Shown: piece after piece, positions 19,893 to 30,033 of the stretch | Layout: each line of letters begins with the position of its first letter | Position numbering within the stretch: the stretch's first letter is position 1 | Origin: Planctomycetales bacterium | GTDB taxonomy: Bacteria > Planctomycetota > Phycisphaerae > SM23-33 | Length of the DNA stretch: 59,356 nucleotides | Direction of reading: 5' to 3' | Assembly (NCBI GenBank): GCA_030592655.1 | Contig: JAUVIQ010000001.1 | Coordinates: forward strand, 1 to 59,356 | Notes under the pieces: generated by a model | Told to the model about the DNA's origin: nothing | Database searches by the model: none | Seen by the model: only the letters and a program-made list of their open reading frames with translations | Made by a program: the position numbers and the translations under genes

Positions 19893-22097
19893 CTACTTTA
19901 TGACCTTGCTATTGTTTCGCCACCACTTGGCCCACGCCTTCTTGTCAGGACCAAGATCGTGGCCTGTGATTTTGCGCAGAGAGGCCGCGATGTTTTTTCT
20001 GTACATATCGAGCGTGTATACACTCTTCTTCCAGTTACACTTGCCCTTGAAGTCAGCGTCGAAGCATTCGATGAGACCCTCAACGGCAGCCTTGTGCTTG
20101 AAGGCTGCCAACACCGTTATCGCCTGATCGGCCGCCACCCCATCGGGATCGGTTTTAATCTCCTTGATAAGATACGGAATTGCCCTGGGGTCTCGCTGGC
20201 CCCCCAGCCACCACACGACGTCGCTCCTTTGGAACTCGCTGAGGGACTTCTCGCTCAGAAGCGCGCACAAACGAGGTACGCAGTCTCCCTCTTCAAGGTG
20301 TGCCAGCGCGATCATTGCGGCTGCGACTCGCCGCTGTTCGAGGTTCGGGAGTATGCTCTTACCATTTCTGGTAATCTTTCCCTTCGCCGAAACCAACTCC
20401 CTGAATGGGCCGATGATACGAGGGTCCGCGATACGTTCGAGCGCCTCGATGACATCAGGATACTCGATCCGTTCAAGCAAAATCGGAACAGCCTCCTTCG
20501 CCTTCAGGCTCGCCAAAGCGTTAGCGGAGCGTATGAACTTGTCCGGCAGAAATGTTTCTTCATGGTTCACTTCGGCAGCGCCGATCTTCAGAAAGTGCAT
20601 CAGCATGGGAATGGCCCTTCGATCACCGGTCCACCCCAGCGCCGTAATCGGGCCGCGACGGCCTTTAGTCCTTTTGGCCATCTCGATCAGGAAGGGGACC
20701 GCTTTTCGGCATTCCACGTTGCCTAATGCATAGGTAAGATTTCCGTATTCATCCGCCAGGTACGATATCCTGAAATAGGTTTCCGACGACCAGTTCGTTT
20801 TTTTAAGTCCGGTAACGTAGCGACGGTCGGACAGCGACGCGATGACCAACTCGACAATCCAATCCGGCTGTTTCTTTCCGTAGGAATAGAACACATACCC
20901 CAGCGCGGAGTGGACGTTCCTGACGGCGTGGTAATCCGTGTCCTTCATGGACTCCAGCAGAAACAGCGCCGCCTTCTCGCTGCCCGACGAGGCGGCGACC
21001 GAAGCCAGCAGCAACTTCATCGGCAAATCCTTCTCGGCGATCATGCGTTTGTCGAATTCCTGGCGCACTTGTGCCGGGTCGTACTTTGTCAGTGTGCTCA
21101 ACAACTTCCGATTTGAAATGTGCAGGCATGTGAAATCCGACTCCATACCCGACATGTTCCCCCCCATGAAGCCAATACGGCTGAGTTTCGGAAAATCGTC
21201 GGGGAACGGGAGCGTTGCAGCGCGTTTTCTGGGCTGTCGGTCGGCGGGTTTCGAGGTGCTGGACGACGGCTTCGCGGGCTTGGGGCTGATCGTTTCCCTG
21301 ATCAGCCGCCGCAGGCGATTCTCGTTCTCCTTGCCGCCGAACGGCGCGACTCCCTTGTTCAGTTCCGCAAATGTCAGTCTTTTTGGTGGCGTGCCCAGAA
21401 TGAATCCGAAACTGACTTGCGCCGCCCCTTGGTACTCCTTCCGCGGCATGTTCATATCACGTTCGTCGAACTCGAAATGGAACATATAGTACCCGGGCTT
21501 ATCTATCTTGAACCAGTCGCGAAGGTCGAACGTGAAGGCCTTGAACGACTCTCCCGTTTTCAGCAGACGCCCCGGGTCTTTTGCGACGAAGCGTTCGCTG
21601 CGTGAAGGTTTGACCGGCTTGTAGTGATTGTCCCGGGGGTAATATGCGTAGGGTGTTCTCGGATCGAACGGCGCGCGAGCCAGACACAACTTTATCCCCT
21701 TGCGAAACGCCGGGCCGCCCTTTCCGGCATCACGGTACAGGAGGGACGGCATTCTTTTCGGTACCCCCCTCCTGTTGCGGATGTGGACCTCGACAGGAAG
21801 TGGATCGCCGACATCCAGACGCTTCTGACCAATCTTGCCGTTCTTTTTCCAGCGTGCCGGGCCGATAACTCCCCAATCAATACCCTTGGGCAGACCCTGC
21901 CAACATATTCGGCATGGATCAGGGCGAACTTCGGCCACGCCAATTGCCGTAGAAATAACGAGAAACATTACACCAACGAACCAACATCGTCCTGGAGATA
22001 TTGAGAGCATTGCGATGCCTCCAACCATATGACGCCACTCATTGAGAAAATAGGGAACAGTATCAGACCGGGACGAAGTCCCGGCAACCCTGCTCAT
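19893..22097 (-). CDS. HEAT-repeat protein with N-terminal signal/anchor
   Basis: Repeated patterns of the form AVPxL.......R..A..ALG...D.RAIP (for example RKAVPFLIEMAK..., KEAVPILLERIEYPDVIEALERIADPRII, DPRAIPYLIKEI). Confidence 0.65.
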   Translation of the reverse strand: MSRVAGTSSRSDTVPYFLNEWRHMVGGIAMLSISPGRCWFVGVMFLVISTAIGVAEVRPDPCRICWQGLPKGIDWGVIGPARWKKNGKIGQKRLDVGDPLPVEVHIRNRRGVPKRMPSLLYRDAGKGGPAFRKGIKLCLARAPFDPRTPYAYYPRDNHYKPVKPSRSERFVAKDPGRLLKTGESFKAFTFDLRDWFKIDKPGYYMFHFEFDERDMNMPRKEYQGAAQVSFGFILGTPPKRLTFAELNKGVAPFGGKENENRLRRLIRETISPKPAKPSSSTSKPADRQPRKRAATLPFPDDFPKLSRIGFMGGNMSGMESDFTCLHISNRKLLSTLTKYDPAQVRQEFDKRMIAEKDLPMKLLLASVAASSGSEKAALFLLESMKDTDYHAVRNVHSALGYVFYSYGKKQPDWIVELVIASLSDRRYVTGLKKTNWSSETYFRISYLADEYGNLTYALGNVECRKAVPFLIEMAKRTKGRRGPITALGWTGDRRAIPMLMHFLKIGAAEVNHEETFLPDKFIRSANALASLKAKEAVPILLERIEYPDVIEALERIADPRIIGPFRELVSAKGKITRNGKSILPNLEQRRVAAAMIALAHLEEGDCVPRLCALLSEKSLSEFQRSDVVWWLGGQRDPRAIPYLIKEIKTDPDGVAADQAITVLAAFKHKAAVEGLIECFDADFKGKCNWKKSVYTLDMYRKNIAASLRKITGHDLGPDKKAWAKWWRNNSKVIK

Positions 22098-22333
22098 TTA
22101 CCCAAAGGGATTTCCTGTCGATCTCCCCTGGCCTCGTTAATCAGAACAAGATTTCCTTCGTCTTCGGCATGTAATTGTTCGTTGGCGTTAAGCAGTTCAA
22201 TACCGTACACCATTCCGTCCGGGGCAATATCGACGTTGATTTCATCGCTTATGCGTATTGTCTCGACCTGTTCGGACTTTTCGTGCAGACGCATGTAGGC
22301 AATGTTGTAACGCGGGTCGTAAGTCAGTCTCAT
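22094..22333 (-). CDS. DUF2283-family small protein
   Basis: MRLTYDPRYNIAYMRL...DIAPDGMVYGIELLNA is the typical DUF2283 pattern. There is an ATGA overlap with the HEAT gene. Confidence 0.7.
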   Translation of the reverse strand: MRLTYDPRYNIAYMRLHEKSEQVETIRISDEINVDIAPDGMVYGIELLNANEQLHAEDEGNLVLINEARGDRQEIPLGK

Positions 22334-22352
22334 AACGCAATCTCTCCAATGG

Positions 22353-23225
22353 TCAGACTTTTACCACCGGCGTAACTTTTCCTGTCTTGACGGATTTTTC
22401 CATTGCTTCCAGGATTGCTACGGGGGCGAGGATTCGTTTGTGGTCCAGCGGCTCGACGCCGGTCTTGAACATCCGGCAGAAGGTGCGGATGCCGGTCAGG
22501 TAAGAGTCGGAGTCGGAGATTATTTTCCTGGCTACCGGGCCTTTATCCCTGACGGCGGAGATATGAAAACCCGACGACCATCCGCCCAGGCAGTGCATCG
22601 TCGCAACCGGGCCCGACCGGAAGAACAGCGTCGCGGTCGCGTCTTTGCCTTTGCTCGCCCTGGCTACGCTGACGGTCGATACGTCCGTGCCGAAGGCTTC
22701 GACCAGCATTTCGACCTGGTGGACGCCGTAGAAGAAAATCCCTCCGTAGGTCGAATCCAGGTCGCAAGGCCCGACGGAGGCGACGGCGCGGACGGCTCCG
22801 CCGCGCCTGGTATCACGCCGGAAATCCGCGAAGGATTTCTGCATCGGCATCGCGCCGAAGGAAGTTACCGGAACCTTCGCACGCCGGCAGCGCGCGAGGA
22901 ATTTTTTACCGGCATCGAGGCGATAGCAGAAGGGCTTGTCGATGAACATCGGAAGGCGCGCCTTCAGGAACGGTTCAGCCGCCGGCAGGTGATACTTCGC
23001 GTGCCGGTGGTCGATAATCACCGCGTCGATCTCGCCGATCATATCGGTTGGCCGCTTGACGATCTTCGGGATCGCGCCGGCCTTGGCGGCATCGGCGGCG
23101 AACTTGTCCGTCTCGCCCCAGATTACAACAATCCGAAAGCCGGGAACCTTCTTACCGATATTCAACGTCTTTGCAATGGCTGCACTGTGCGAATTTTCCG
23201 CGCCGACAATTCCAATCCGAATCAC
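22353..23225 (-). CDS. Gfo/Idh/MocA-family oxidoreductase
   Basis: IRIGIVGAENSHS Rossmann N-terminus. The start is set to the GTG at 23225, preceded by GAGGAG, which avoids an overlap with the upstream lyase gene. Confidence 0.65.
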   Translation of the reverse strand: MIRIGIVGAENSHSAAIAKTLNIGKKVPGFRIVVIWGETDKFAADAAKAGAIPKIVKRPTDMIGEIDAVIIDHRHAKYHLPAAEPFLKARLPMFIDKPFCYRLDAGKKFLARCRRAKVPVTSFGAMPMQKSFADFRRDTRRGGAVRAVASVGPCDLDSTYGGIFFYGVHQVEMLVEAFGTDVSTVSVARASKGKDATATLFFRSGPVATMHCLGGWSSGFHISAVRDKGPVARKIISDSDSYLTGIRTFCRMFKTGVEPLDHKRILAPVAILEAMEKSVKTGKVTPVVKV

Positions 23226-23244
23226 GTCTTTCTCCTCATTTTGG

Positions 23245-24642
23245 TTATTTGCCCGTCTGGGCGTGAACGTCCAACAATTTGTCCAATTCATCTTCGCTGA
23301 TAGCGCCTTGCTGAAGCGCGATTTGGCGAATGGTCATTCCGGTTTCGTGTGCCTGTTTTGCGATTTCGGCGGCGGCATCGTATCCGATTTTCGGCGCTAA
23401 CGCCGTCGCCAGCATTAGCGACCGCTCAACCAGTTCGGCGCAGCGGGCTTCGTCCACGTCAAGACCGTCGATACATTTCTGCTTAAAAACCTTCGCGGCA
23501 TTGGTCAGCAGCGATGCGCTTTCCAGCAGGTTGGCGGCAATTATAGACCAGGCGAGGTGCATCTCAAGGATGCTTCCGACCCCGCCGAAGGCCCCGGCAG
23601 CCACGGCGGCGTCCAGGCCTATGACCTGGCAGGCGACCTGGATAACGGCTTCGGGTATGACCGGATTGACCTTTGCCGGCATGATGCTGCTTCCTGGCTG
23701 GACGGCGGGGATGAGCAATTCGCCAAGCCCGCACCTCGGACCCGAACCAAGCCAGCGAATATCATTCGCGACTTTCGACAGGACAACTGCCGTCGTTTTC
23801 AAAGCTCCCGACGCCCGTACAGCGGCAATCGGAACAGTATGAGCGGCGAAGTGATTGGCTGATTCGCCGAACGGAAGGTGCGTCTTACCGGCCACAATTC
23901 GGCAAATTTCGCCGGCGAAACCTTCCGGGGCGTTCAGACCCGTCCCGACGGCAGTTCCCCCCATTGCCAGTTTGCACAACCCGTCAATCGCCCTTCCCAG
24001 AACTCTCGTCGCCTCGTCAACTGCGGCTGCATAGCCTGAAAATTCCTGCCCGAGACGAATCGGTACGGCGTCCTGGAGATGCGTCCTGCCGACCTTGACG
24101 ATCGCGTCAAACTGCTCCGCCTTTTCGGCCAGGGACGACGACAGCGATTTCAATGCCGGGATAAGTTCGTTATGAATCGCCAGCGCCGCCGAGATATGCA
24201 CCGCTGTCGGGATAACGTCATTGGAAGACTGGCCCATGTTGACGTGGTCGTTTGGATGGACGGGGCTTTTGGAGCCGACTTCGCCGCCGAGAATCTGAAT
24301 CGCGCGGTTGGCGATTACCTCGTTGGCGTTCATATTGCTCGATGTGCCCGAACCGGTCTGGAAGACATCGACGGGAAAATGCTCGTCGAGTTTCCCCTTG
24401 GCTACCTCTTCGGCGGCGGCGATGATGGCGTCGGCGATTTCGCCGTCAAGCCGGCCGGCCTTTTTATGAGCAACGGCGGCTGCGGACTTTATCAGTCCCA
24501 GCGCCGCGATGAAACCTTTCGGCATCGCCCGTCCGCTGATGGGGAAATTTTCTATCGCCCGCGCCGTTTGCGCGCCGTACAGCGCGTCGGCGGGAACGAA
24601 AACCTCGCCCATCGAATCACGTTCTTTTCGTTGTCCGGTCAT
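23245..24642 (-). CDS. aspA: aspartate ammonia-lyase (class II fumarase/aspartase family)
   Basis: TGSGTSSNMNANEVIANRA and GSSIMPAKVNPVIPE. The A-K-V-N-P-V form resembles aspartase more than FumC (GSSIMPGKVNPTQ). Confidence 0.7.
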   Translation of the reverse strand: MTGQRKERDSMGEVFVPADALYGAQTARAIENFPISGRAMPKGFIAALGLIKSAAAVAHKKAGRLDGEIADAIIAAAEEVAKGKLDEHFPVDVFQTGSGTSSNMNANEVIANRAIQILGGEVGSKSPVHPNDHVNMGQSSNDVIPTAVHISAALAIHNELIPALKSLSSSLAEKAEQFDAIVKVGRTHLQDAVPIRLGQEFSGYAAAVDEATRVLGRAIDGLCKLAMGGTAVGTGLNAPEGFAGEICRIVAGKTHLPFGESANHFAAHTVPIAAVRASGALKTTAVVLSKVANDIRWLGSGPRCGLGELLIPAVQPGSSIMPAKVNPVIPEAVIQVACQVIGLDAAVAAGAFGGVGSILEMHLAWSIIAANLLESASLLTNAAKVFKQKCIDGLDVDEARCAELVERSLMLATALAPKIGYDAAAEIAKQAHETGMTIRQIALQQGAISEDELDKLLDVHAQTGK

Positions 24643-25754
24643 TTCTTCGCACCCATCGCCGGAGCCGTCGCCGGAGTCGTCGTCGGGGTCGTCGTCGGGG
24701 CCGGAACCGGAGTCGGAATCGGGGTGGCAGGGTCCATCATCTTCAAAAGATGCTTCGCCGAAACCGTTTTGGGGTCATTGGGATATTCGCGAATAAAGTG
24801 TTCGAGGGTCGCTCGTGCGCCGGCCTCGTCGTCGAGCGCCTGAAACTCCAGAACGGCCTTGGTGTAATACGCACGTCCCACGGCAGGTCCAGCCGGGAAC
24901 GACTTGATGTAACGCCGGCAATAATCGTAGGCCTCTTTATAATGTTCGCCTTTCTCGGCGAGATACGCCAGTTCAAGAAGCGCCTCGCCTTCCGCCTGCT
25001 CGTCGCCGGAACCCAACTTCAATGCCTTTTTCAGGTCCTTGTCGGCTTGCGACGGTTTCTTGAAAATCAGCGCCTTGCCTCTCGCCAGAATCAGCCTGCC
25101 CCGAGTAGCGCCGGCAGGGAGTTTCCTGACCGGCACTTTCAACAGTTTGTCAATGGCCGGAACCGTCTTGATGCGGGTGGAAAGTTTCAGGCGCGACTGT
25201 ATCGCCTTCCATTGTGCCGCAGAGGTGAAGGGCTTCGCGCCGGAAGCGGCCCAGTAGTCCAACGAATACTCCAGCCTCCGCAGAAGCGTCGAAGCCGGGA
25301 TTATGCAGCCGGGGATACTATCCAGTAATTCGCCTTTCGGCGTGAAGACCCGCGTCAGCGGCGTTTCGGTAACGCCCGTTCCGGCGAAGCGTTTTCTTCC
25401 CTCGGCAGTAGTGATGTCCAGTTTCACCGCAGAGAAAGACGCCAGGAACCGCTTCACCGACACCCGCTTGAGCGAAAGACGCTCGAAGGCCTGGCAGGCG
25501 GGCGAACTGTTTTCCATATAGACCACCAGCAGAAGGGAATTATTTTTTCTCGCCTGCTGGACGGCAGACTTGCGTTGACTGTGCCAGTGAACCATCGGTA
25601 TCACCGGCGCGGTTGTCGGAGCAGTCGCCGTTGTCGGCATTGACGCCGGTTCGGTTGTCCCTGCGCCTGCGGTGAACGGAGGCCGCCACAAAACCAACAC
25701 AAAGATAACCGCCGACACCCCAGCCAGAAATTTCACCAGATGAATCCGCTTCAT
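24639..25754 (-). CDS. secreted thioredoxin-fold/TPR-like protein with Pro/Thr-rich C-terminal tail
   Basis: The start is trimmed to MKRIHLVKFLAG (signal anchor). The longer ORF reads through a palindromic repeat. There is an ATGA overlap with aspA. Confidence 0.5.
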   Translation of the reverse strand: MKRIHLVKFLAGVSAVIFVLVLWRPPFTAGAGTTEPASMPTTATAPTTAPVIPMVHWHSQRKSAVQQARKNNSLLLVVYMENSSPACQAFERLSLKRVSVKRFLASFSAVKLDITTAEGRKRFAGTGVTETPLTRVFTPKGELLDSIPGCIIPASTLLRRLEYSLDYWAASGAKPFTSAAQWKAIQSRLKLSTRIKTVPAIDKLLKVPVRKLPAGATRGRLILARGKALIFKKPSQADKDLKKALKLGSGDEQAEGEALLELAYLAEKGEHYKEAYDYCRRYIKSFPAGPAVGRAYYTKAVLEFQALDDEAGARATLEHFIREYPNDPKTVSAKHLLKMMDPATPIPTPVPAPTTTPTTTPATAPAMGAKK

Positions 25755-25848
25755 TTGATTCGCTCCCATATGACCAACCCGTAAAGACCCCATTATAGTA
25801 ATCGCCCCGCGAAAAATCTGCAATGGAGTAGTAGTAGTCGGTAGGCTG

Positions 25849-25934
25849 GGACGGAGCGAAGCGGAGTCCCCCCTTTTTTTTAAAGCGAGCAGGGCATAGG
25901 GCGTGAAAATTAAGGTGGGACTCCGCTTCGTTCC
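25849..25934. repeat. palindromic element (arms ggagcgaagcggagtccc / gggactccgcttcgttcc)
   Basis: Read directly from the sequence. It shares the agcgaagcggag core with the 44014 and 50022 elements. Confidence 0.7.
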
Positions 25935-26112
25935 AAATAGGGGGTGAATGGAAGAGTGTTCGACACACTTTGGCCGAACACAGAGGTACACATGTGTATG
26001 AGACGAAATCTTTGCTTGGGGGAGTTAACCCTTGGGATATGCGCAAAAGAAAACCGGGCAAAGCCTGTTAACTATGGCCTCGCCCGGTCAAATGTTTGGA
26101 TACAAAGACAGC

Positions 26113-27831
26113 TTACTTTCGCCTGCGACGAATCAACGCCAATCCGCCCAGCACCAGTAGCGACAGTGTGGCCGGCTCGGGAACAGGTTGGATAGTAATG
26201 TTATCCAGCAGTACTTGAGAACCTGCCTCGCCATTGAGTTGGAACTCAAATATGGCTTCCCCAAGATCAAGAATAGTCGGGTCCAAGACGTAGAGAGTGA
26301 ATGTCGATAGGTCTCCAGCAAGTTCATCGGGTGCCGTGATCTCCCCGAGAACGATTGAGTCTAAAGATATCTCAAGAGTCCCTGATGTTGTCGTAAATTC
26401 ATACTCGAAAATCAAATAAAAGGGCTGCGAAGGGGTTTCGAGTACTTGCGAGATCATCACTGGTGAGGCTGACGTTAGTTCTGCCACATAGTTATCTGGA
26501 TCGCTGTGGTAAGCCACAGTTTGAGCCAAACCAGTACCATAAGCATTCCAACCCGTTGCCAAAACTTGTCCAAAATCCGGGTTCACGATTTCGACTATCT
26601 TGACGAAAAGAGGTCTTACCGCATTAGCGGATATAACCTCGGCCCAAGTACCGTACTTATATTTAATCTCAAACTTGTTATAAGATGTTCTGTAGCTAAC
26701 TGTAATGAAGTTTCCTTCGACTTCCGGATCGTATGATCCTAAGTCATTGTCAGAATCGGCAATTGTGATGGTCTTGTTATCAGTGTCGATACTATAAATT
26801 GTCACACCATGATCGATGTCGGTCCCGATTATTCCGATTCCAACAGCGCTGCCTTCTGACAATCTCTTTGATATCCAAGTCTCTGCGGTTCCAATCCTGT
26901 CTAGAACTCCGGCTGACATCCAGCACGCAGGCCCTTTTGCACCATGACTATATTGATATCCTGCGTCCTTTAGCGCCCATCGTACATCCCCTTCATTCGC
27001 AAACGTCAGTGTTTCAGAATCGTGACGGATCCCTGCATTAAAAGCCCAGTCTTGGTAGTGATCATCTCCGCCATAGTTCCGAATCATATTATTAGCGACC
27101 GCCATCCAGCAGCTGTCGTCAGATGATGAACTTGGATGTGCCCATTCTGGCTGCTCCGATTCAGCATATTCCTCACCTGGCGTGTACTTTCCATCAACGT
27201 TCTCATCATTATAGTGGTTTGTACCCCAAGAACCCGCATGAAGTTCGGTAGGCAAATGTTTTTTATCTGTGTCGAACCACTCTCCAAAAGCACTAATTAC
27301 ACGGGGTGGCGGCGGGGCGACTTCGATGATTCCCATTAACATATCGTTATAATTCGTATTGTGAATGGAGTTGAAGCCCCATTTTCCTGGAACGACAGGA
27401 TGATGTGGTCCAATCAAGTACATGTGTTCACCATTGTCCCAGCGTGTGTCGGGATTCCAGTAGGTCGCCGGTGTACCGTCAGCCCATCCCCAAGAATTTA
27501 GATTTGTTTTGTCACCAGCATTCCACTTAAGACCGATCCAAGCACCATTATGGTTGTCGGCTGTATTATTACGGCAGTATGCGTCTCTGATATATTCCGT
27601 CAACCAAGCGTTCTCTCCGGAATCATTGATTGTGGCAAGATGCCCCCCAGCCGCCACAGCCTCTGCTTCGCACTCTGCCCAAGTACCATGGTTCGAGGTT
27701 AGTGCATACTGGTGACCATTATAACCTGTAAATAGATCGTCTCCTACGGCGGGAAGGGCCAACCAAGTCAGTAACGTAACACACGCTCCTACAATAACTG
27801 TAGTCTTCATCTCTAATAATCTCCTTTTCAA
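26113..27831 (-). CDS. C-type lectin domain protein with PEP-CTERM sorting signal
   Basis: N-terminal HQYALTSNHGTWAECEAEAVAAGGHLATINDSGENAWL...GAWIGL (C-type lectin-like). C-terminal VPEPATLSLLVLGGLALIRRRRK (PEP-CTERM). The gene is visibly AT-richer than its surroundings. Confidence 0.75.
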   Translation of the reverse strand: MKRRLLEMKTTVIVGACVTLLTWLALPAVGDDLFTGYNGHQYALTSNHGTWAECEAEAVAAGGHLATINDSGENAWLTEYIRDAYCRNNTADNHNGAWIGLKWNAGDKTNLNSWGWADGTPATYWNPDTRWDNGEHMYLIGPHHPVVPGKWGFNSIHNTNYNDMLMGIIEVAPPPPRVISAFGEWFDTDKKHLPTELHAGSWGTNHYNDENVDGKYTPGEEYAESEQPEWAHPSSSSDDSCWMAVANNMIRNYGGDDHYQDWAFNAGIRHDSETLTFANEGDVRWALKDAGYQYSHGAKGPACWMSAGVLDRIGTAETWISKRLSEGSAVGIGIIGTDIDHGVTIYSIDTDNKTITIADSDNDLGSYDPEVEGNFITVSYRTSYNKFEIKYKYGTWAEVISANAVRPLFVKIVEIVNPDFGQVLATGWNAYGTGLAQTVAYHSDPDNYVAELTSASPVMISQVLETPSQPFYLIFEYEFTTTSGTLEISLDSIVLGEITAPDELAGDLSTFTLYVLDPTILDLGEAIFEFQLNGEAGSQVLLDNITIQPVPEPATLSLLVLGGLALIRRRRK

Positions 27832-28353
27832 AAAGCGAACACACAGAAATCACAAACAGCGGGAACTTGACCAATGATGGCCTGAAGCAAATGTGAGTGA
27901 GCAAGAGCACTGCACAATCTCTCTTTACAGATTCAGCCTACTCCGCCGCTCCCAAAAACGGGCTGAAGTATTATGAATCATACAACAAATCCCGGATTTG
28001 TCAAGTCTTTTCCTTGACGCGAGATACGCGATTGTCCACAAAGACCCGTTTCAAAGTTCCGATGTTCTCGGTGTTCACTTCAATCACATCGCTTGGCTCA
28101 CGGCCGAACGGGTCGAAGTCGGCGACCTTGAATGCCCGGCAAAGGGCATCCACCCAAAGATGAATGATGGACGCCCCTTGCGCAGACCTCAATTGAACAG
28201 GGGGTTATGTAACACGCGATCCCTCTATTTTCACAGGAATGCACGTGATACGGTCGCCATCCTGCAAGACATACTCCCTGGAAACGGGTTGGCGATTGAC
28301 GCGGGAAACACGGAAATATGGGAGACTTTTTCAACAACCCCAGCGTCCCCATA

Positions 28354-29922
28354 TTAAAAATATCCTTCGTAGGATACTTTGGGCCTGGCGGAGATGAATT
28401 GTTCGAGTTGCCTTACAGCGAAGATTAAGGCGAAGACGCCCAAGGCCGCGGCAGCACCGGCGAGGTCCCAAGCGACGTCGGAAAGTTGTGGGCTGCGAGT
28501 GGAGAGAAATTTCTGTGCCAGTTCACCCATCGCCGCGGCTGTCGCGCCGACGGCGGTGCAGAATATCGCCCGCCGCCATGAACGGCAGCGGGTTTGCCAT
28601 AATAACACAGCCGTCAGGCCAAACGCGCCGAGCAGGTGCATTACCCCGTCGCTGCACTCTTTCAGCAACGGGCGCACCCATGCCGACCGACCGACCCGGC
28701 TCTCAAGACCAAGCACCACCATCACGGCCAGGAAGGCGACCATGACGGTCCACCCGTGGTACCGGCGAACGGGATGGGCGAAAATGTGCGGCATAAGCCC
28801 CCATGTAACAGCCGCGACGACGATGACAACCGGAGCCGCCAATCCGCCGCCGGCCAACAGTCCACAGCCAGCCAAAACGACAACGACCGACCAGATCGCG
28901 CCCCTGGCCTGATCCCCCGACGAAGCGCCGCGCGAAACGTACAGGCTCCAGATCAAGGCTGACAACATCCCACAAACAACCGCCGAAAACCCGACCCAAC
29001 CGGCAGAAACCACCAGAAGACCCGTTCCGGACATGCCGGCAGAAGGTAAAACATCCCCCAGCCCGCCGGTTCCGAATAAGGTCGCTTCGGAAATCCATTT
29101 ACCCGCTGCCGGGTCAAGCCGGCTCATGGCCACGATACCACTGATGCCAAGCACCGTTCCGATCAGCAGCAGTTTGAGACGATGGTTCCGTAAAAACACG
29201 CCCGACAGCAGCAAGGCTCCGCCGACGGCGCATGTCGCGAAAATCGCAGCGCCGGCGGCCCGGTGGTGCGAAACAATCAGCAGCGTCGCCAGCAGCGCCG
29301 CCGAGGTAACTCGCATCACCAATTCAACCCTGTTTTCCTTGCCCGGTCTTCGACCCTGAGGCTCAGACCCGAAGGGCAAGGCGCATGGCGTCAGCAATAT
29401 GCCAACCCCCGCCAAGCCGGCCAAAGCCACCGCCTCAACAGCGGGGCCTGGCGATTGGCTGGATATTTTCAATATCGCGCCGACAGCCACTATCAATCCG
29501 ACCGACGTCAACAGCCATCGCATTCGATGCACTCGCGACAGGACGTCCTGGGCGAGCAGCACCAACAGACCCAGCGTCATCATCCGTATCATCAGCCCGC
29601 TGTCGTTTTCGGCAAGGAGGTTAACCTTCCCGCTTTCGGAATCGAACCGGCCTGCGGCGAGAATGTGCATCAACAGGATAATTACCGGAACAGCCAGGAA
29701 CGGTTGAAGAACGTGCCCGGGGATAGCGGTCCGGCCCTCGGTTCCGCGCCAATACAACCAGCATACCCACAGCCCCATCCCGCAGAGGATAAGCGCTATC
29801 CACCCACCGGCAGAGGCGTCCATCACGCCCGCACCGGCGGCGACCGTCAGCGCGATCATCCCAGCCAGGACGACATGCCACAACCCCTCGGAAGTATGGC
29901 TACTGACAGAAGATAACGACAA
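28354..29922 (-). CDS. polytopic membrane protein (Wzy/O-antigen-ligase-like body, VanZ-like C-terminus)
   Basis: More than 10 hydrophobic segments. LFGTGGLGD resembles the Wzy_C family pattern. The C-terminal ...GELAQKFLSTRSPQLSDVAWDLAGA resembles VanZ. Both assignments are tentative. Confidence 0.45.
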   Translation of the reverse strand: MSLSSVSSHTSEGLWHVVLAGMIALTVAAGAGVMDASAGGWIALILCGMGLWVCWLYWRGTEGRTAIPGHVLQPFLAVPVIILLMHILAAGRFDSESGKVNLLAENDSGLMIRMMTLGLLVLLAQDVLSRVHRMRWLLTSVGLIVAVGAILKISSQSPGPAVEAVALAGLAGVGILLTPCALPFGSEPQGRRPGKENRVELVMRVTSAALLATLLIVSHHRAAGAAIFATCAVGGALLLSGVFLRNHRLKLLLIGTVLGISGIVAMSRLDPAAGKWISEATLFGTGGLGDVLPSAGMSGTGLLVVSAGWVGFSAVVCGMLSALIWSLYVSRGASSGDQARGAIWSVVVVLAGCGLLAGGGLAAPVVIVVAAVTWGLMPHIFAHPVRRYHGWTVMVAFLAVMVVLGLESRVGRSAWVRPLLKECSDGVMHLLGAFGLTAVLLWQTRCRSWRRAIFCTAVGATAAAMGELAQKFLSTRSPQLSDVAWDLAGAAAALGVFALIFAVRQLEQFISARPKVSYEGYF

Positions 29923-30033
29923 CGCGAAATTCTCCTTACATCCAGGACGATGATTTTGGTACGCTTATATAAGGTGTAGCCCACCTTAATCCTACAGCAA
30001 GATACTTATCGTCCACAGGCGGTGGCGAGTGAA

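Noticed and set aside
25755-25991. N-terminal 79-codon extension of the 24639 ORF
   Set aside because: The extension is translated from the palindromic element at 25849-25934. A signal-anchor Met at 25754 gives a sensible start.
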